A DNA stretch of 64,000 bases from Pontiella sp. (GCA_050290185.1 JBNKHE010000007.1:1-64000); one strand, 5' to 3'; shown: positions 9,081 through 18,833, counted from the stretch's first letter. Made by a program: numbers and translations. Notes: a model not told the origin generated them from the letters alone.

Positions 9081-9572
9081 ATGTACAAGAAGGTAGATGA
9101 AATCGATTGGAAAAACTGGGATCCGGTTGTACGTGCAACTCTGATGTTTGTGATGCAGGAAGGAAATATTCTACTGATCCATAAGAAGCGCGGCTTTGGC
9201 CAAGGCAAGATCAATGGTCCCGGTGGAAAACTCGAAGCGGGAGAGACCCCGCGCGAATGTGCGATCCGGGAAACCCAGGAGGAGTTGTGCATCACTCCGT
9301 TGGGTGTGGAGAAAGCGGGAGAGCTCTTTTTCCAGTTTGTGGATGGTCATTCCATCCATGGTTATGTATTCACGGGAACCGGCTACACAGGCGATCCCAC
9401 CGAAACCGACGAGGCGATTCCTGCCTGGTTTTCAATCGATGAGCTTCCGTTTGAGCATATGTGGGAAGATGATCCGACCTGGTTCCCGCATATGCTGGAA
9501 GGCCGCTATTTTACCGGTCGGTACCTCTTCGATGATGATCGTATGCTTGATGCCGTGATCGAATTGGATTAG
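9081..9572 (+). CDS. NUDIX hydrolase, MTH1-like 8-oxo-dGTP diphosphatase
   Basis: KKRGFGQGKINGPGGKLEAGETPRECAIRETQEE (Nudix box) and MWEDD, typical of the MTH1 family. Confidence 0.88.
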   Translation: MYKKVDEIDWKNWDPVVRATLMFVMQEGNILLIHKKRGFGQGKINGPGGKLEAGETPRECAIRETQEELCITPLGVEKAGELFFQFVDGHSIHGYVFTGTGYTGDPTETDEAIPAWFSIDELPFEHMWEDDPTWFPHMLEGRYFTGRYLFDDDRMLDAVIELD

Positions 9573-9650
9573 CTCCGCTTATTTCCCTTAATTGTAGATT
9601 GATTTGTCGGTTTGTGGGTGTAGTTTACGACGCTCACAGGAGGAAAAAAG

Positions 9651-10091
9651 ATGAACCTGATTAAGGTTACAAGTATTTTGCTATCAACAGCTTTTATATC
9701 CGGATGTGCGTCGACATATCCTGCGCACGGCCCGCATGGGCCAGAACTCGTCACAAACGGACGCTCCACGGGTTCCGGGCAATACGCTGAGATTGGATTG
9801 GAATTTTCAACCTGGGGTGATTTTGTTGCCCTTGTTGCTCCGAATCGCTGGAAATCGCCGATTGCCACGGGGGGAAGCCTGTCCTGGCTAAATCCGGCAG
9901 CTTGGGGTGAAGATGCGGGCCGCACCGGCCGGATTCTGCTAGGTGAAGCCGTCGTCGCGGGCGGCGCGGCCGCCGCTGTAGGATCCTCTGGTGGCAGCAG
10001 TTCAAGTTCAGGTTCTACACCCGTGAGCAACACTCCGCCTCCTCCTACCGGTGGTGGCGGTGGGGCGCTGCCCTCTACGCCGACCCTCTAA
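9651..10091 (+). CDS. Hypothetical lipoprotein with Gly/Ser/Pro-rich tail
   Basis: AGGAGG RBS; lipobox ISGC; low-complexity C-terminus; GCCGCCC/GGGCGGC hairpin just downstream. Confidence 0.7.
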   Translation: MNLIKVTSILLSTAFISGCASTYPAHGPHGPELVTNGRSTGSGQYAEIGLEFSTWGDFVALVAPNRWKSPIATGGSLSWLNPAAWGEDAGRTGRILLGEAVVAGGAAAAVGSSGGSSSSSGSTPVSNTPPPPTGGGGGALPSTPTL

Positions 10092-10462
10092 TGGACGACT
10101 GGCCGCCCTTGGGCGGCTTCAGCATAAACGTGGGTGTATAAGGACGCGATTCTCCGGACATAATTGAACGTGAATAACGTCCAGTTTGGTGTGCGATCCT
10201 GCCGAAATAATGGTCTTTGGTTATTGGTCTTGCGAGCAGACCTACTTTGCGCTGCCAAGAACCGTGTCCTGCAACCTCATCGCTGAAATAGACGGGTCTT
10301 TCTCAACAGACTCGGTTTCATCATTGATGAATTTATTCGGGACAAAGGCGTTTAAAGCGGACAAATACGCGCTCTTTTCAGGGCAAAGAACCACATTCTA
10401 CAACAACTAGAACTTTCTCAACAAACACTGGCCGCACGTGGGCATACTTTTGTTGGAGACCA

Positions 10463-10504
10463 TAAATTCCCAGTGGCCAAAGGCATACATCTTTGGCCAT
10501 TGGG
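10463..10504 (-). terminator. Hairpin terminator downstream of the cold-shock gene
   Basis: CCCAGTGGCCAAAG / CTTTGGCCATTGGG near-perfect stem. Confidence 0.6.
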
Positions 10505-10535
10505 TGGGGGATGGAATTAAGGATGCGCAGGTATC

Positions 10536-10751
10536 TTAGTCGACAACGCAAACGTTGGCGGCCTGCGGACCTTTTTGGCCTGAAGTCACTTCAAAAGTAA
10601 CGTTTTGACCTTCCTTGAGGCTGCGGCGGCCTTCCATATTGATGGCGGTGAAGTGCACGAACACATCGTCGCCTGATTCGCGGGCAATGAAGCCAAAGCC
10701 CTTTTCATCGTTGAACCACTTGACGGTGCCGTTTTCGAGCTGATCTGACAT
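10536..10751 (-). CDS. cspA: Cold-shock protein
   Basis: [15 protein letters not shown] (RNP1), DVFVHF (RNP2), KGPQAANV. Confidence 0.95.
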   Translation of the reverse strand: MSDQLENGTVKWFNDEKGFGFIARESGDDVFVHFTAINMEGRRSLKEGQNVTFEVTSGQKGPQAANVCVVD

Positions 10752-11110
10752 AGCTTTTCCTTGTTCCTATAACAGGCCATTAAAGGCCATTTTTCCAACA
10801 GGGCGGATTCTTGAAGAATCCACCGATTATTACATTCCCATATGGGAAGGATTCCTTGATAATGCGAGCGAAATGCTAAAGCTGAAGAAAAGCAAATGCG
10901 AGAATTGTTTGAGCATAATTTTGCCTCGTTTCCGTGAGCTCGGGAGGCCAAAAACTGGGTGAAATAATACATCGAAAATAATTCGGTATATAAATACCAA
11001 TTAAAAGGTTGAAATCGGTTTTGTACGGTGTAATAAATCCGATTTTTAAAGAGGTGACTAAAACGGGCAGATTTAGGCACATTACTGCTTGAGCAAGGAG
11101 ATGCTAGGCC

Positions 11111-12898
11111 ATGGCTGAAGATAAAATTAAAGTCGAACTGCCGACGGAGGATTATTACGAAGCCGAGGTGAAGTGCCGGAATTCGTGTCCGGTAAAAACC
11201 GATGCGCGGGGCTACCTGATGGCCACCGTGGCTGGGGAGTATAAGAAAGCATACGCCATTTCCCGTGCCACCAATCCTTTTGCGTCAATATGCGGTAAGA
11301 TTTGCGGTGCCCCATGCGAAAAAGGCTGTCGGCGCGGCGATGTCGATGAATCGGTCGTGATCCGCAACATCAAAGGTTATCTGACCGACAAGCATGGTCC
11401 GGAAACGGGCGATCTTGAAACTCCGCTTACATATTCCATTGCACCCGGTTCCCTGCACCCGGAACTGAACGGAAAGTCGGTCGGTGTGATCGGCGGTGGT
11501 TGCGCTGGATATACCTGTGCCCACGATCTGGCGCGTCTAGGATATAGCGTCACCATCTATGAACGCTGGGAAAAATCCGGGGGGCAACTGGTGCAGGGTG
11601 TGCCGATTAATCGTTTGTCCAGAAAAGTCGTGGCAGACGAACTGGCATCCATCGAGTGCTTCAGCAATATTGAAGTGAAGAACGGGGTTGATGTCGGTAC
11701 GGACATTACCTTCGAGGAGTTGGAGAAGAAGCATGACGCTGTCTTCATTGGTGTGGGGCTTTCGCGCGGCCGCAAGATTCCGATTCCGAATGCCGACCAT
11801 GAAGATGCCCATATTGGCCTGCAGTTCCTATTTGATTTCAACATGCGAGAAAAGTGGGATCTGAGTTCGAAACGCTCTATCGTCATTGGTGGCGGCGATG
11901 TGGCATTCGACGTGGCCCGTTCCGCATTGCGCTGTGGTTCGCCGGAAGTGCAGCTGGCCTGCCTCGAGCGTGAGCATTTGAATGAAATGACGGGTTCGGT
12001 CGACGAACGTGATGGCGGTCGCCGCGAAGGCGTGGTCCAGAACGATGGCTGGGGTCCGAAGGAAATTATCGTCGAAAACGGCAAGATCAAGGGACTCCTG
12101 GTCAGCAAAGTCATTCGTGTATTCGACGAGGAGGGTAAATTTTCCCCCCAGATGGAGGAAGAAACCCGCCTGATCGAAGGCGATGCGGTCTTTTTTGCGG
12201 TTGGCCAGATGTCCGATGTGTCTTTTCTGGAAGGTTCGGGCGTGGGTGTGGATGGCCGCGGGTTGGTACAGGTAGTCAACGAAGAAACCTGGCAGACTAA
12301 CAAACCGAATATCTTCGCTGGCGGCGACATTGCCCTCGGTCCCAAGCTGTTCATCAACGCGGTTGCAACGGGCAGCCAAGCGGCCATGGGGATCCATTCC
12401 TATCTTTCCGGCAACGAACCATTGAAGCTCAAGCGCAAGCTCACCTTTACCGACCTGCCGGAATACGGGCGCGGCTCGGCCTATGTGAATGAGGAACGGG
12501 AGGAACGCGAAGAGCTCCCGGTTGATCCGGCTAAAGATCCTCATTTTAATACGACCGTTGAATATCACGATGAAGAGGCCAAAAAGCAGTCAGCACGTTG
12601 CCTTGAATGTCATATTCACCCGACCTTCGAAGGCGATATCTGTATCCTTTGCGGAGGATGCGTGGATGTGTGTCCGTCCTACTGCCTGTCGATGAAGACG
12701 ATTGATCGCGTTGATGGCGGTGAGGATCTTGTGGTTCTTGCCGAGAAGGAGTTTGGCAGCATGGAAGTGGCGGAAGCGGAAGGCTCAGTCATGCTGTTCG
12801 ATCCGTTGAAGTGTATCCGCTGCGGCATGTGCGCACAGAAATGTCCCACCGGCGCCTGTAAAATGTCGGTGAACAGTTTTGAGGATTGTTTTGCTTAG
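11111..12898 (+). CDS. FAD/NAD(P)-dependent oxidoreductase with N-terminal Fe-S and C-terminal 2x[4Fe-4S] domains (GltD/NfnB/DsrL-like architecture)
   Basis: CRNSCP...CGKICGAPCEKGC (N-terminal Fe-S); GGGCAG (FAD); GGGDVAFD (pyridine nucleotide); IFAGGD; RCLEC; CILCGGCVDVCP and CIRCGMCAQKCP. Confidence 0.9.
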   Translation: MAEDKIKVELPTEDYYEAEVKCRNSCPVKTDARGYLMATVAGEYKKAYAISRATNPFASICGKICGAPCEKGCRRGDVDESVVIRNIKGYLTDKHGPETGDLETPLTYSIAPGSLHPELNGKSVGVIGGGCAGYTCAHDLARLGYSVTIYERWEKSGGQLVQGVPINRLSRKVVADELASIECFSNIEVKNGVDVGTDITFEELEKKHDAVFIGVGLSRGRKIPIPNADHEDAHIGLQFLFDFNMREKWDLSSKRSIVIGGGDVAFDVARSALRCGSPEVQLACLEREHLNEMTGSVDERDGGRREGVVQNDGWGPKEIIVENGKIKGLLVSKVIRVFDEEGKFSPQMEEETRLIEGDAVFFAVGQMSDVSFLEGSGVGVDGRGLVQVVNEETWQTNKPNIFAGGDIALGPKLFINAVATGSQAAMGIHSYLSGNEPLKLKRKLTFTDLPEYGRGSAYVNEEREEREELPVDPAKDPHFNTTVEYHDEEAKKQSARCLECHIHPTFEGDICILCGGCVDVCPSYCLSMKTIDRVDGGEDLVVLAEKEFGSMEVAEAEGSVMLFDPLKCIRCGMCAQKCPTGACKMSVNSFEDCFA

Positions 12899-12907
12899 GA
12901 TAGCCCC

Positions 12908-13087
12908 ATGCTGATTCTTACCATTATTCTTCTGTTATCGACTACGGTGCTGGGCTTCATTTTCTTTTTGCTGTTCCGCTGGGCAGTAAAAGACGGGCAG
13001 TTTGATGATCCGGAAGAAGCGAAATATGTAATTTTCCGCGAAGATGAAAGGCACACGGACGGTGCCGTGAATGGAGGACAGAAATAA
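12908..13087 (+). CDS. ccoS: cbb3-type oxidase assembly protein CcoS/FixS (59 aa; not in the ORF track)
   Basis: Manual translation [43 protein letters not shown]...: one TM helix plus the FxWAVKxGQFDD signature. Confidence 0.9.
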   Translation: MLILTIILLLSTTVLGFIFFLLFRWAVKDGQFDDPEEAKYVIFREDERHTDGAVNGGQK

Positions 13088-13088
13088 T

Positions 13089-13562
13089 ATGGAAAAAAAT
13101 GAGAAAAAGGGCACCAGTCGTCGTGAGTTGATCACCTTGGGATCTGCCTTCGGGTTGCTGGGTTTGGTGGCTGCGGGAACTGGAGGCGCTTTGTTTAAGT
13201 ATATGTTTCCGGTGGTTACCTATGGCACGCCAAAAAAATTCCTGGTGCCGGTCGATGATCTGCCCGAAGTGGGCGATGAGTTGCTGTTTGAAGACCAGAA
13301 GGTTATCCTCCGGCGGAAGAGCGAAACGGAGCTTGGGGCGATCTCACTCGTGTGCACGCATTTGGGATGTACAGTCAAACGGGTGGAAACCGGTTTCCAA
13401 TGTCCGTGCCATGGATCGCAGTACGATTCCGATGGTCTTGTTGTGGGTGGTCCTGCTCCCCGGACGCTGCATTGGCTTGCGATAAAGCTGGTTCCCGGCA
13501 ACCAGATTGAAATCGATTCAGGAGCCGACCTGCCGGAAGACACCTTCTTCGCTGTTGTATAG
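13089..13562 (+). CDS. Rieske [2Fe-2S] subunit of a Rieske/cytochrome b complex
   Basis: Tat-like SRRELI plus TM helix; CTHLGC and CPCHGS boxes; GPAPRTL. Confidence 0.95.
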   Translation: MEKNEKKGTSRRELITLGSAFGLLGLVAAGTGGALFKYMFPVVTYGTPKKFLVPVDDLPEVGDELLFEDQKVILRRKSETELGAISLVCTHLGCTVKRVETGFQCPCHGSQYDSDGLVVGGPAPRTLHWLAIKLVPGNQIEIDSGADLPEDTFFAVV

Positions 13563-13592
13563 CTATCTCTGTTCCAAAGGGGGAAATTGATA

Positions 13593-14933
13593 ATGAATGA
13601 ATTGATTGAATCGGCCAAAGCGTTTGGAAACAAGATCTACTACTCGATCTTCCGCCATGGCTTTGACAATACAGGGCTGACCAAGTCCAAAATCATGTTC
13701 AGCAATGTCATGCTGCACATTCAACCTGTTAAAATCCATAAACGCTCCGTTAAGTTCAAGACCACGATGGGGCTGGGGTTGATCACCTTTTATCTTTTTC
13801 TGATTCTCACCGGTACGGGGATCATGCTGATGTTCCACTATGTGCCTTCAACCGCGCTGGGGCCTGATGGACTGCCGGATGCTTACAGCCGTATGCTCAA
13901 TCTGCGAAGTAATATCTTTTGGGGCGGATTTGTCCGGAACATGCATCGCTGGTCTGCACACGCCATGGTGGCGTTCGTGGCGCTGCATATGCTTCGTGTG
14001 TATCTTTCCGGTGCACACCGTGGCGGGCGCGAATTCAACTGGGTGATCGGCTGCATTCTGGGGCTGGTTACCGTTTTCCTTTCATACACCGGCTACCTGC
14101 TTCCATGGGACCAGCTGGCTTTCTGGGGCGTCAAAGTCGGTACGGAAATCGCCAAGATCGCTCCCGGCGGGGCTATTATCCGCGGCATCCTGCTCGGTGA
14201 TTCCGACGTGGGCGGCGAGGCGCTGATCCGCTTCTATGTGCTCCACTGTGCGGTCTTGCCGCTTATTGCGACTATGCTGATTGCGGTCCACTTCTTCCGC
14301 ATCCGCAAGGATGGCGGTCTGGCCCGCCCTGCGGATACTTCGAAGGAAAAGCAAATTCCCGACGAAGAATTCGGGCCGGTAAAGAACAACTCGGTTTTCA
14401 AGTCCGCCCGCAGCTACAAGCTGGTGGAAATTGTCAAGGGCAACGAGCCCAAGGTCAATGAAGAGGTCGAGCAAATGATGTTCGCCTGGCCGAAGCTGAT
14501 CATCCGCGAACTGATGGTGCTGCTCGGCGTTGTGGTGGTGATGAGTGTGATTTCCATCCTGTTCGATGCGCCGCTCGAAGGGCCGGCCGATCCCAACCAT
14601 CCGACCAATCCGTCGAAGGCCCCGTGGTACTTTCTCGGGTTGCAGGAACTGGTGAGCTACCACGGCTTTATCGGCGGGATCGTCATTCCCGGCATTCTGG
14701 CCGGCGGAACGATGGTTCTTCCGTATGTTGAAATGTTTTTCGAGACGTTCACGAAAACGTGGAAAACCAATATTCCGGGGGTTTGGTTTGCGCGCGAGCG
14801 CAACCTGCTGAATGCCCTCTTTATTGGTATGTATATCTTCATGCTGGTGCTGATCATTATCGGGGTTTACTTCCGCGGTCAAAACTGGGCGATCGTATAC
14901 CCATGGGAACATGTTGCTGGGGGAGGCCACTAG
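13593..14933 (+). CDS. Cytochrome b of a Rieske/cytb complex (b6-like N-part fused to subunit IV-like C-part)
   Basis: Heme ligands in RNMHRWSAH...LHMLRV and FYVLH...VHFFR; REFNW..G; TGYLLPWDQ; Qo motif as KAPWYF. Confidence 0.95.
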   Translation: MNELIESAKAFGNKIYYSIFRHGFDNTGLTKSKIMFSNVMLHIQPVKIHKRSVKFKTTMGLGLITFYLFLILTGTGIMLMFHYVPSTALGPDGLPDAYSRMLNLRSNIFWGGFVRNMHRWSAHAMVAFVALHMLRVYLSGAHRGGREFNWVIGCILGLVTVFLSYTGYLLPWDQLAFWGVKVGTEIAKIAPGGAIIRGILLGDSDVGGEALIRFYVLHCAVLPLIATMLIAVHFFRIRKDGGLARPADTSKEKQIPDEEFGPVKNNSVFKSARSYKLVEIVKGNEPKVNEEVEQMMFAWPKLIIRELMVLLGVVVVMSVISILFDAPLEGPADPNHPTNPSKAPWYFLGLQELVSYHGFIGGIVIPGILAGGTMVLPYVEMFFETFTKTWKTNIPGVWFARERNLLNALFIGMYIFMLVLIIIGVYFRGQNWAIVYPWEHVAGGGH

Positions 14934-14934
14934 G

Positions 14935-16692
14935 ATGATAAAGGATTATAGAATTCTGCTGTTGCTGGCATTGATCGGGTTCGTTTTCTTTGGGATGTCG
15001 CTGGTCAAGGCGCTTGATCAGGACTTCGCGAAATACCAGAAGGAATATTATGAGCAATTGGCTGTAGAGGACTTCAAGGTCGAGATTAAACAGGTGAATG
15101 TAAAGACGCCGGGTGCAATCATTGTCGACCGGTGCCAGTCCTGTCATATCGGCGCATCGAATCCCGATGCTGCCGGTTTCGAGCAGCCGTTGGCCCTGCA
15201 CCCGCCGATCGTGCCTGGAGTCGAGAAGGATCCGCATGATTTTGGTAAGATTGGCTGTGCCATTTGCCACGATGGAAACGGTCGGGCCTTGGAGATCCAT
15301 GATGCCCACGGGCAATACCATGGCTGGCCGTCTCCGCTTTTGGCTGGCAAAACCGCCCAGGCGAACTGTAACCGTTGTCATGCCATGGAAGGTGGGGAGC
15401 TGGCCGGTGCCGAAGAGTACCAGAAGGGGCGCGACCTCTTCCTGGAAAAGGCCTGCTGGGGGTGCCATACGATCGCGGGGGTTTCGACATCATCGCAAGC
15501 ACCGGAACTGACGGATGCAGGCGGGAAGTTTAACTTTGAATATCTGCTTGAATCCATTGTTGAACCCAGTGCCAACCTGGCCACCACAAAAATGCCGAAA
15601 TTTGACTGGATAGACGATGAAGAAACCGTTCATGCATTGGCTACCTATCTCAAGGGTCAGCAGAAGGAGCGGTTACGCTCCGAAGAGAGCTCGCCCATTG
15701 GATATGTCAAGCCGGTATCCGACTTGGCCCGCATCGAAAGTCCTAGCCTTGCGGCCGGCCGCGCCCTCTTCGCAGGGGTTGCCTATGAGGGCTCGATCGC
15801 TCGCGGTGGTTGCATCAACTGCCATTCCTTTAAGAATGAAGACGGTGATTTGACGGGAGGAAGCGTTGGGCCCGAACTGACCTATGCTTTGCGCGCCCGC
15901 GGCAAGCAGTACATCAAGGACCATATCGTCAACGCGCGCATGCATGTGGCCGACTCGATCATGCCGACCTTCAAGGACTATAACGATGCTGAGTTGGAGA
16001 GTCTGGTTATGTTCCTGTCCACGTTCGGTTACAAAAAGGACAGCGAATCGGGCGAAAAATTGTTCGCGAACTACTGTGTTTCCTGTCATGGAGAGAATCT
16101 GGATGGACGGGGACCGGTTTCCAAAATGCTGGATCCGTTGCCGCGCGACTTCAGGTCGCAGTTTGTGGCCTCCTACGAAGATCGGTTCAAAACCTCGATT
16201 CGCGAGGGGGTGAAGGGTACGGCCATGCCGCCGTGGAAAAACATTCTCTCCGATAAGGAGATCGATGCGTTGATCCAGTACGTCAAGAGCAAGAGTCTTG
16301 AGGGTGCGGGCGACTTTATGCGTATCGAAGTTGACCTGCCAAAGCCCGGTGATCCGGAACGTCCGAAATTCCGCCGCAAAAAAGATCGGGTTGTCGAGGC
16401 GGGCAATCCGGATCGTGGATACGCCGCATTCCAGAAGAACTGCACCTCATGCCACGGTAAACTGGCCAACGGAAAGGGGCCGAATGCCTATTTTCTGGTG
16501 CATCCGCTGCCGCGCGACCTGCTGAACAAGGACTTCATGGGCCAGCCCTATGTGACCGACGAAAGGTTGTACCGGTCGATTCTGCTGGGCGTGGCGGGAA
16601 CGCCGATGCCGTCGCACGACCATTTAAGTGACCAGACCATTCTGGATATAATTGCCTTTATCCGGAGCAACACCACCAAGGAATCAAAGTAA
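14935..16692 (+). CDS. Membrane-anchored seven-heme c-type cytochrome
   Basis: N-terminal TM/signal helix; CxxCH motifs CQSCH, CAICH, CNRCH, CWGCH, CINCH, CVSCH, CTSCH. The last four are in class-I-like domains with distal MP motifs. Confidence 0.92.
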   Translation: MIKDYRILLLLALIGFVFFGMSLVKALDQDFAKYQKEYYEQLAVEDFKVEIKQVNVKTPGAIIVDRCQSCHIGASNPDAAGFEQPLALHPPIVPGVEKDPHDFGKIGCAICHDGNGRALEIHDAHGQYHGWPSPLLAGKTAQANCNRCHAMEGGELAGAEEYQKGRDLFLEKACWGCHTIAGVSTSSQAPELTDAGGKFNFEYLLESIVEPSANLATTKMPKFDWIDDEETVHALATYLKGQQKERLRSEESSPIGYVKPVSDLARIESPSLAAGRALFAGVAYEGSIARGGCINCHSFKNEDGDLTGGSVGPELTYALRARGKQYIKDHIVNARMHVADSIMPTFKDYNDAELESLVMFLSTFGYKKDSESGEKLFANYCVSCHGENLDGRGPVSKMLDPLPRDFRSQFVASYEDRFKTSIREGVKGTAMPPWKNILSDKEIDALIQYVKSKSLEGAGDFMRIEVDLPKPGDPERPKFRRKKDRVVEAGNPDRGYAAFQKNCTSCHGKLANGKGPNAYFLVHPLPRDLLNKDFMGQPYVTDERLYRSILLGVAGTPMPSHDHLSDQTILDIIAFIRSNTTKESK

Positions 16693-18059
16693 TGAAACAA
16701 GATACTGCTGCAAAAACGATGATCATCGCGTCGACCGTCTTTTTTGGGTTGGCCCTGACGATGGGTTTGTTGACTGCTCTCAAATTCGTCGTGCCGACGG
16801 TGGGCGAGATTGAATACCTTTCTATGCCACGCGTACGCATGCTGCATACGAACATCAACTTGTTCGGATGGTTGTTGCAGGCGGATATGGGCATTCTCCT
16901 GTGGGTTCTGCCGCGGATTCTGCATACCCGGTTATTCTCGGAAAAACTGGGGGTCGCGAATGGCATCCTCTACAACATTGCGGTGCTTGGTGGATTTATT
17001 TCAATCCTGCTGGGTCACGTCAAGAACGTGGAATACGGTGAAATTCCTTCTCCGTTCGATTACCTGATTGCGGTTTGCTGGGTCATGTTCTTCATCAATG
17101 TGGTAGGCACCATCGCGATCCGGAAGGTGAAGTATCTCTATGTTTCCGTATGGTATGCCCTGGGATCGGTTATCTGGACGACTTTCGTCTACATCACCGG
17201 TAACATGTTTACCCAGTTGCCGATGGTTGCGGGTATCAATCAGGCCAACCTGAGCTGGTTCTATGTGCATAACGCGGTCGGTTTAATCTTCACGCCCCTG
17301 GGGGTGGCCATTGCCTACTACATGATTCCCAAGCAGCTTGATACGCCCATCTATTCTCACAAGCTCAGTATGGTTGGTTTCTGGGTCATTTCCTTCGTGT
17401 ATGTCTGGACGGGGGCGCACCACATGATTCATGGTCCAGAACCGTATTGGTTGCAAACGGTGTCGATTATTTTCTCGTGGAGCCTGATCATTCCGGTTAT
17501 GGCGGTGATTACCAACTTCTTCGGAACGTTTGCCACGGCCCCGCGCGGAACTCGCATGAAGGGGCCGATTCCGAAGTTGTTAATGATGGGAACCGTTTAC
17601 TATATCTTTACCTGCCTGCAGGGACCTTTCCAGGCCATCCGTTCGGTCAATGAAATCACCAGTAAAACCGACTGGGTGGTCGGCCACGCCCATATGGCGT
17701 TGTTCGGCGCGTTTTCCTATTATGCCATGGCCGGCATCCTGTATGTTGCGCCAAAACTGGCCGGCCGCAAGTTGTATTCCGAAAAGCTGGGGGACCTGCA
17801 GTTCTGGATCATGACGCTGTCCAGTATCCCATTTTTTGCGGTTCTTTGGATCGCAGGTGTGGTGCAGGGGTATGCCTGGCTTAATCCGGAAAACACGTTC
17901 ATTGAAACTCTTGCGGCGATCCGGCATGCGCACATCATGCGCTTTGTTACGGGATGCGGCATTTTCCTCGCTTACTTCCTTTTCCTGTACAACGTCCTGC
18001 AGACGTTCTTCGGAAAGTATGCCGAGGATACTGAAACCGAAACCACCGTTGCCGGGTAG
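16692..18059 (+). CDS. ccoN: cbb3-type (C-family) heme-copper oxidase subunit I
   Basis: RMLHTN, WFYVHNAVG, YSHKLS, FVYVWTGAHH (helix VII Tyr present), DWVVGHAH; about 12 TM helices. Confidence 0.92.
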   Translation: MKQDTAAKTMIIASTVFFGLALTMGLLTALKFVVPTVGEIEYLSMPRVRMLHTNINLFGWLLQADMGILLWVLPRILHTRLFSEKLGVANGILYNIAVLGGFISILLGHVKNVEYGEIPSPFDYLIAVCWVMFFINVVGTIAIRKVKYLYVSVWYALGSVIWTTFVYITGNMFTQLPMVAGINQANLSWFYVHNAVGLIFTPLGVAIAYYMIPKQLDTPIYSHKLSMVGFWVISFVYVWTGAHHMIHGPEPYWLQTVSIIFSWSLIIPVMAVITNFFGTFATAPRGTRMKGPIPKLLMMGTVYYIFTCLQGPFQAIRSVNEITSKTDWVVGHAHMALFGAFSYYAMAGILYVAPKLAGRKLYSEKLGDLQFWIMTLSSIPFFAVLWIAGVVQGYAWLNPENTFIETLAAIRHAHIMRFVTGCGIFLAYFLFLYNVLQTFFGKYAEDTETETTVAG

Positions 18060-18071
18060 GGGGATTGCATT

Positions 18072-18656
18072 ATGAAAATCGATATTGAACGTAGTTTGCT
18101 TTGGACCGCCACGGGAGCTTTTGTGCTGTTTTCAATAGGGGCCGTCCTGACCACTATTGTCCCGCCGATGGTGAACAAGGAAATGTGGACCACGGAACAT
18201 CCGGTTCATGAATATACGGAACAGGAACTCCGCGGGATTGAAGTCTACAAGAGTCAGGGTTGCGTCTATTGCCATACCCAACAGGTCCGCCACCTGGATT
18301 CCGACCAGCGTCGCTACGGTTGGCGCTTGGTGCCCGCCGCGGTTTCGGAAGAGTGGGAATATGTGAACGACCACCAGCATTTCCTCGGCACAAAGAGAAC
18401 CGGCCCCGATCTGGCACGGGTGGGCGGAAAGTATTCGTCTGAATGGCACTGGGCACACTTCAAGGATCCGCGCAACATGGGCGAGAAGTTCCCGGATCGA
18501 AAGGGTATTTATGAGAAAGCATCCATCATGCCCTCGTTCGCCTACCTGTCGGATCAGGAAATAAAGGATCTGACGGCCTATATCCAGACACTGGGACGCA
18601 ACAAGAACTGGCGTGTAGATGAAAACGGCAACCCACTTAACGACTACGAAAAATAG
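18072..18656 (+). CDS. ccoO: cbb3-type oxidase subunit II (monoheme)
   Basis: RGIEVYKSQGCVYCHTQQVR, GTKRTGPDLARVGGKYSSEWH..HF.DPR, SIMPSF. Confidence 0.95.
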   Translation: MKIDIERSLLWTATGAFVLFSIGAVLTTIVPPMVNKEMWTTEHPVHEYTEQELRGIEVYKSQGCVYCHTQQVRHLDSDQRRYGWRLVPAAVSEEWEYVNDHQHFLGTKRTGPDLARVGGKYSSEWHWAHFKDPRNMGEKFPDRKGIYEKASIMPSFAYLSDQEIKDLTAYIQTLGRNKNWRVDENGNPLNDYEK

Positions 18657-18674
18657 AGCGGCGAGGAATTGAGC

Positions 18675-18833
18675 ATGAGCGATAAAGAAAACAATGACGA
18701 GATGCTTGAAACAACGACCGAGATCAAGCAGGGGCATGCCAATGTCGGCAAGTTTAACATTGCGATCCAGATCATCCTGACGATTGCCTGTCTCGTATAT
18801 CTTGTTACGCATTTTGTGTCGCCCTGGAAGTAA
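18675..18833 (+). CDS. Small single-TM protein in the ccoQ/ccoP position, resembling the CcoP N-terminal anchor without a heme domain (52 aa; not in the ORF track)
   Basis: GAGGA RBS; manual translation MSDKENNDEMLETTTEIKQGHANVGKFNIAIQIILTIACLVYLVTHFVSPWK. Confidence 0.7.
   Translation: MSDKENNDEMLETTTEIKQGHANVGKFNIAIQIILTIACLVYLVTHFVSPWK

Noticed and set aside
10186..10410. 74-aa ORF in the spacer before cspA
   Set aside because: TTG start, no clear RBS and no motif; cannot be supported, though a decayed gene is not excluded.
11111..12898. Calling the oxidoreductase gltD or dsrL
   Set aside because: No gltB or dsr genes are nearby; the shared architecture alone does not establish either function.
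16692..18059. CcoN as a nitric oxide reductase (NorB)
   Set aside because: The HNAVG and YVWTGAHH motifs with the helix VII Tyr, plus adjacent ccoO/ccoS/ccoG/ccoI, indicate a C-family O2 reductase.
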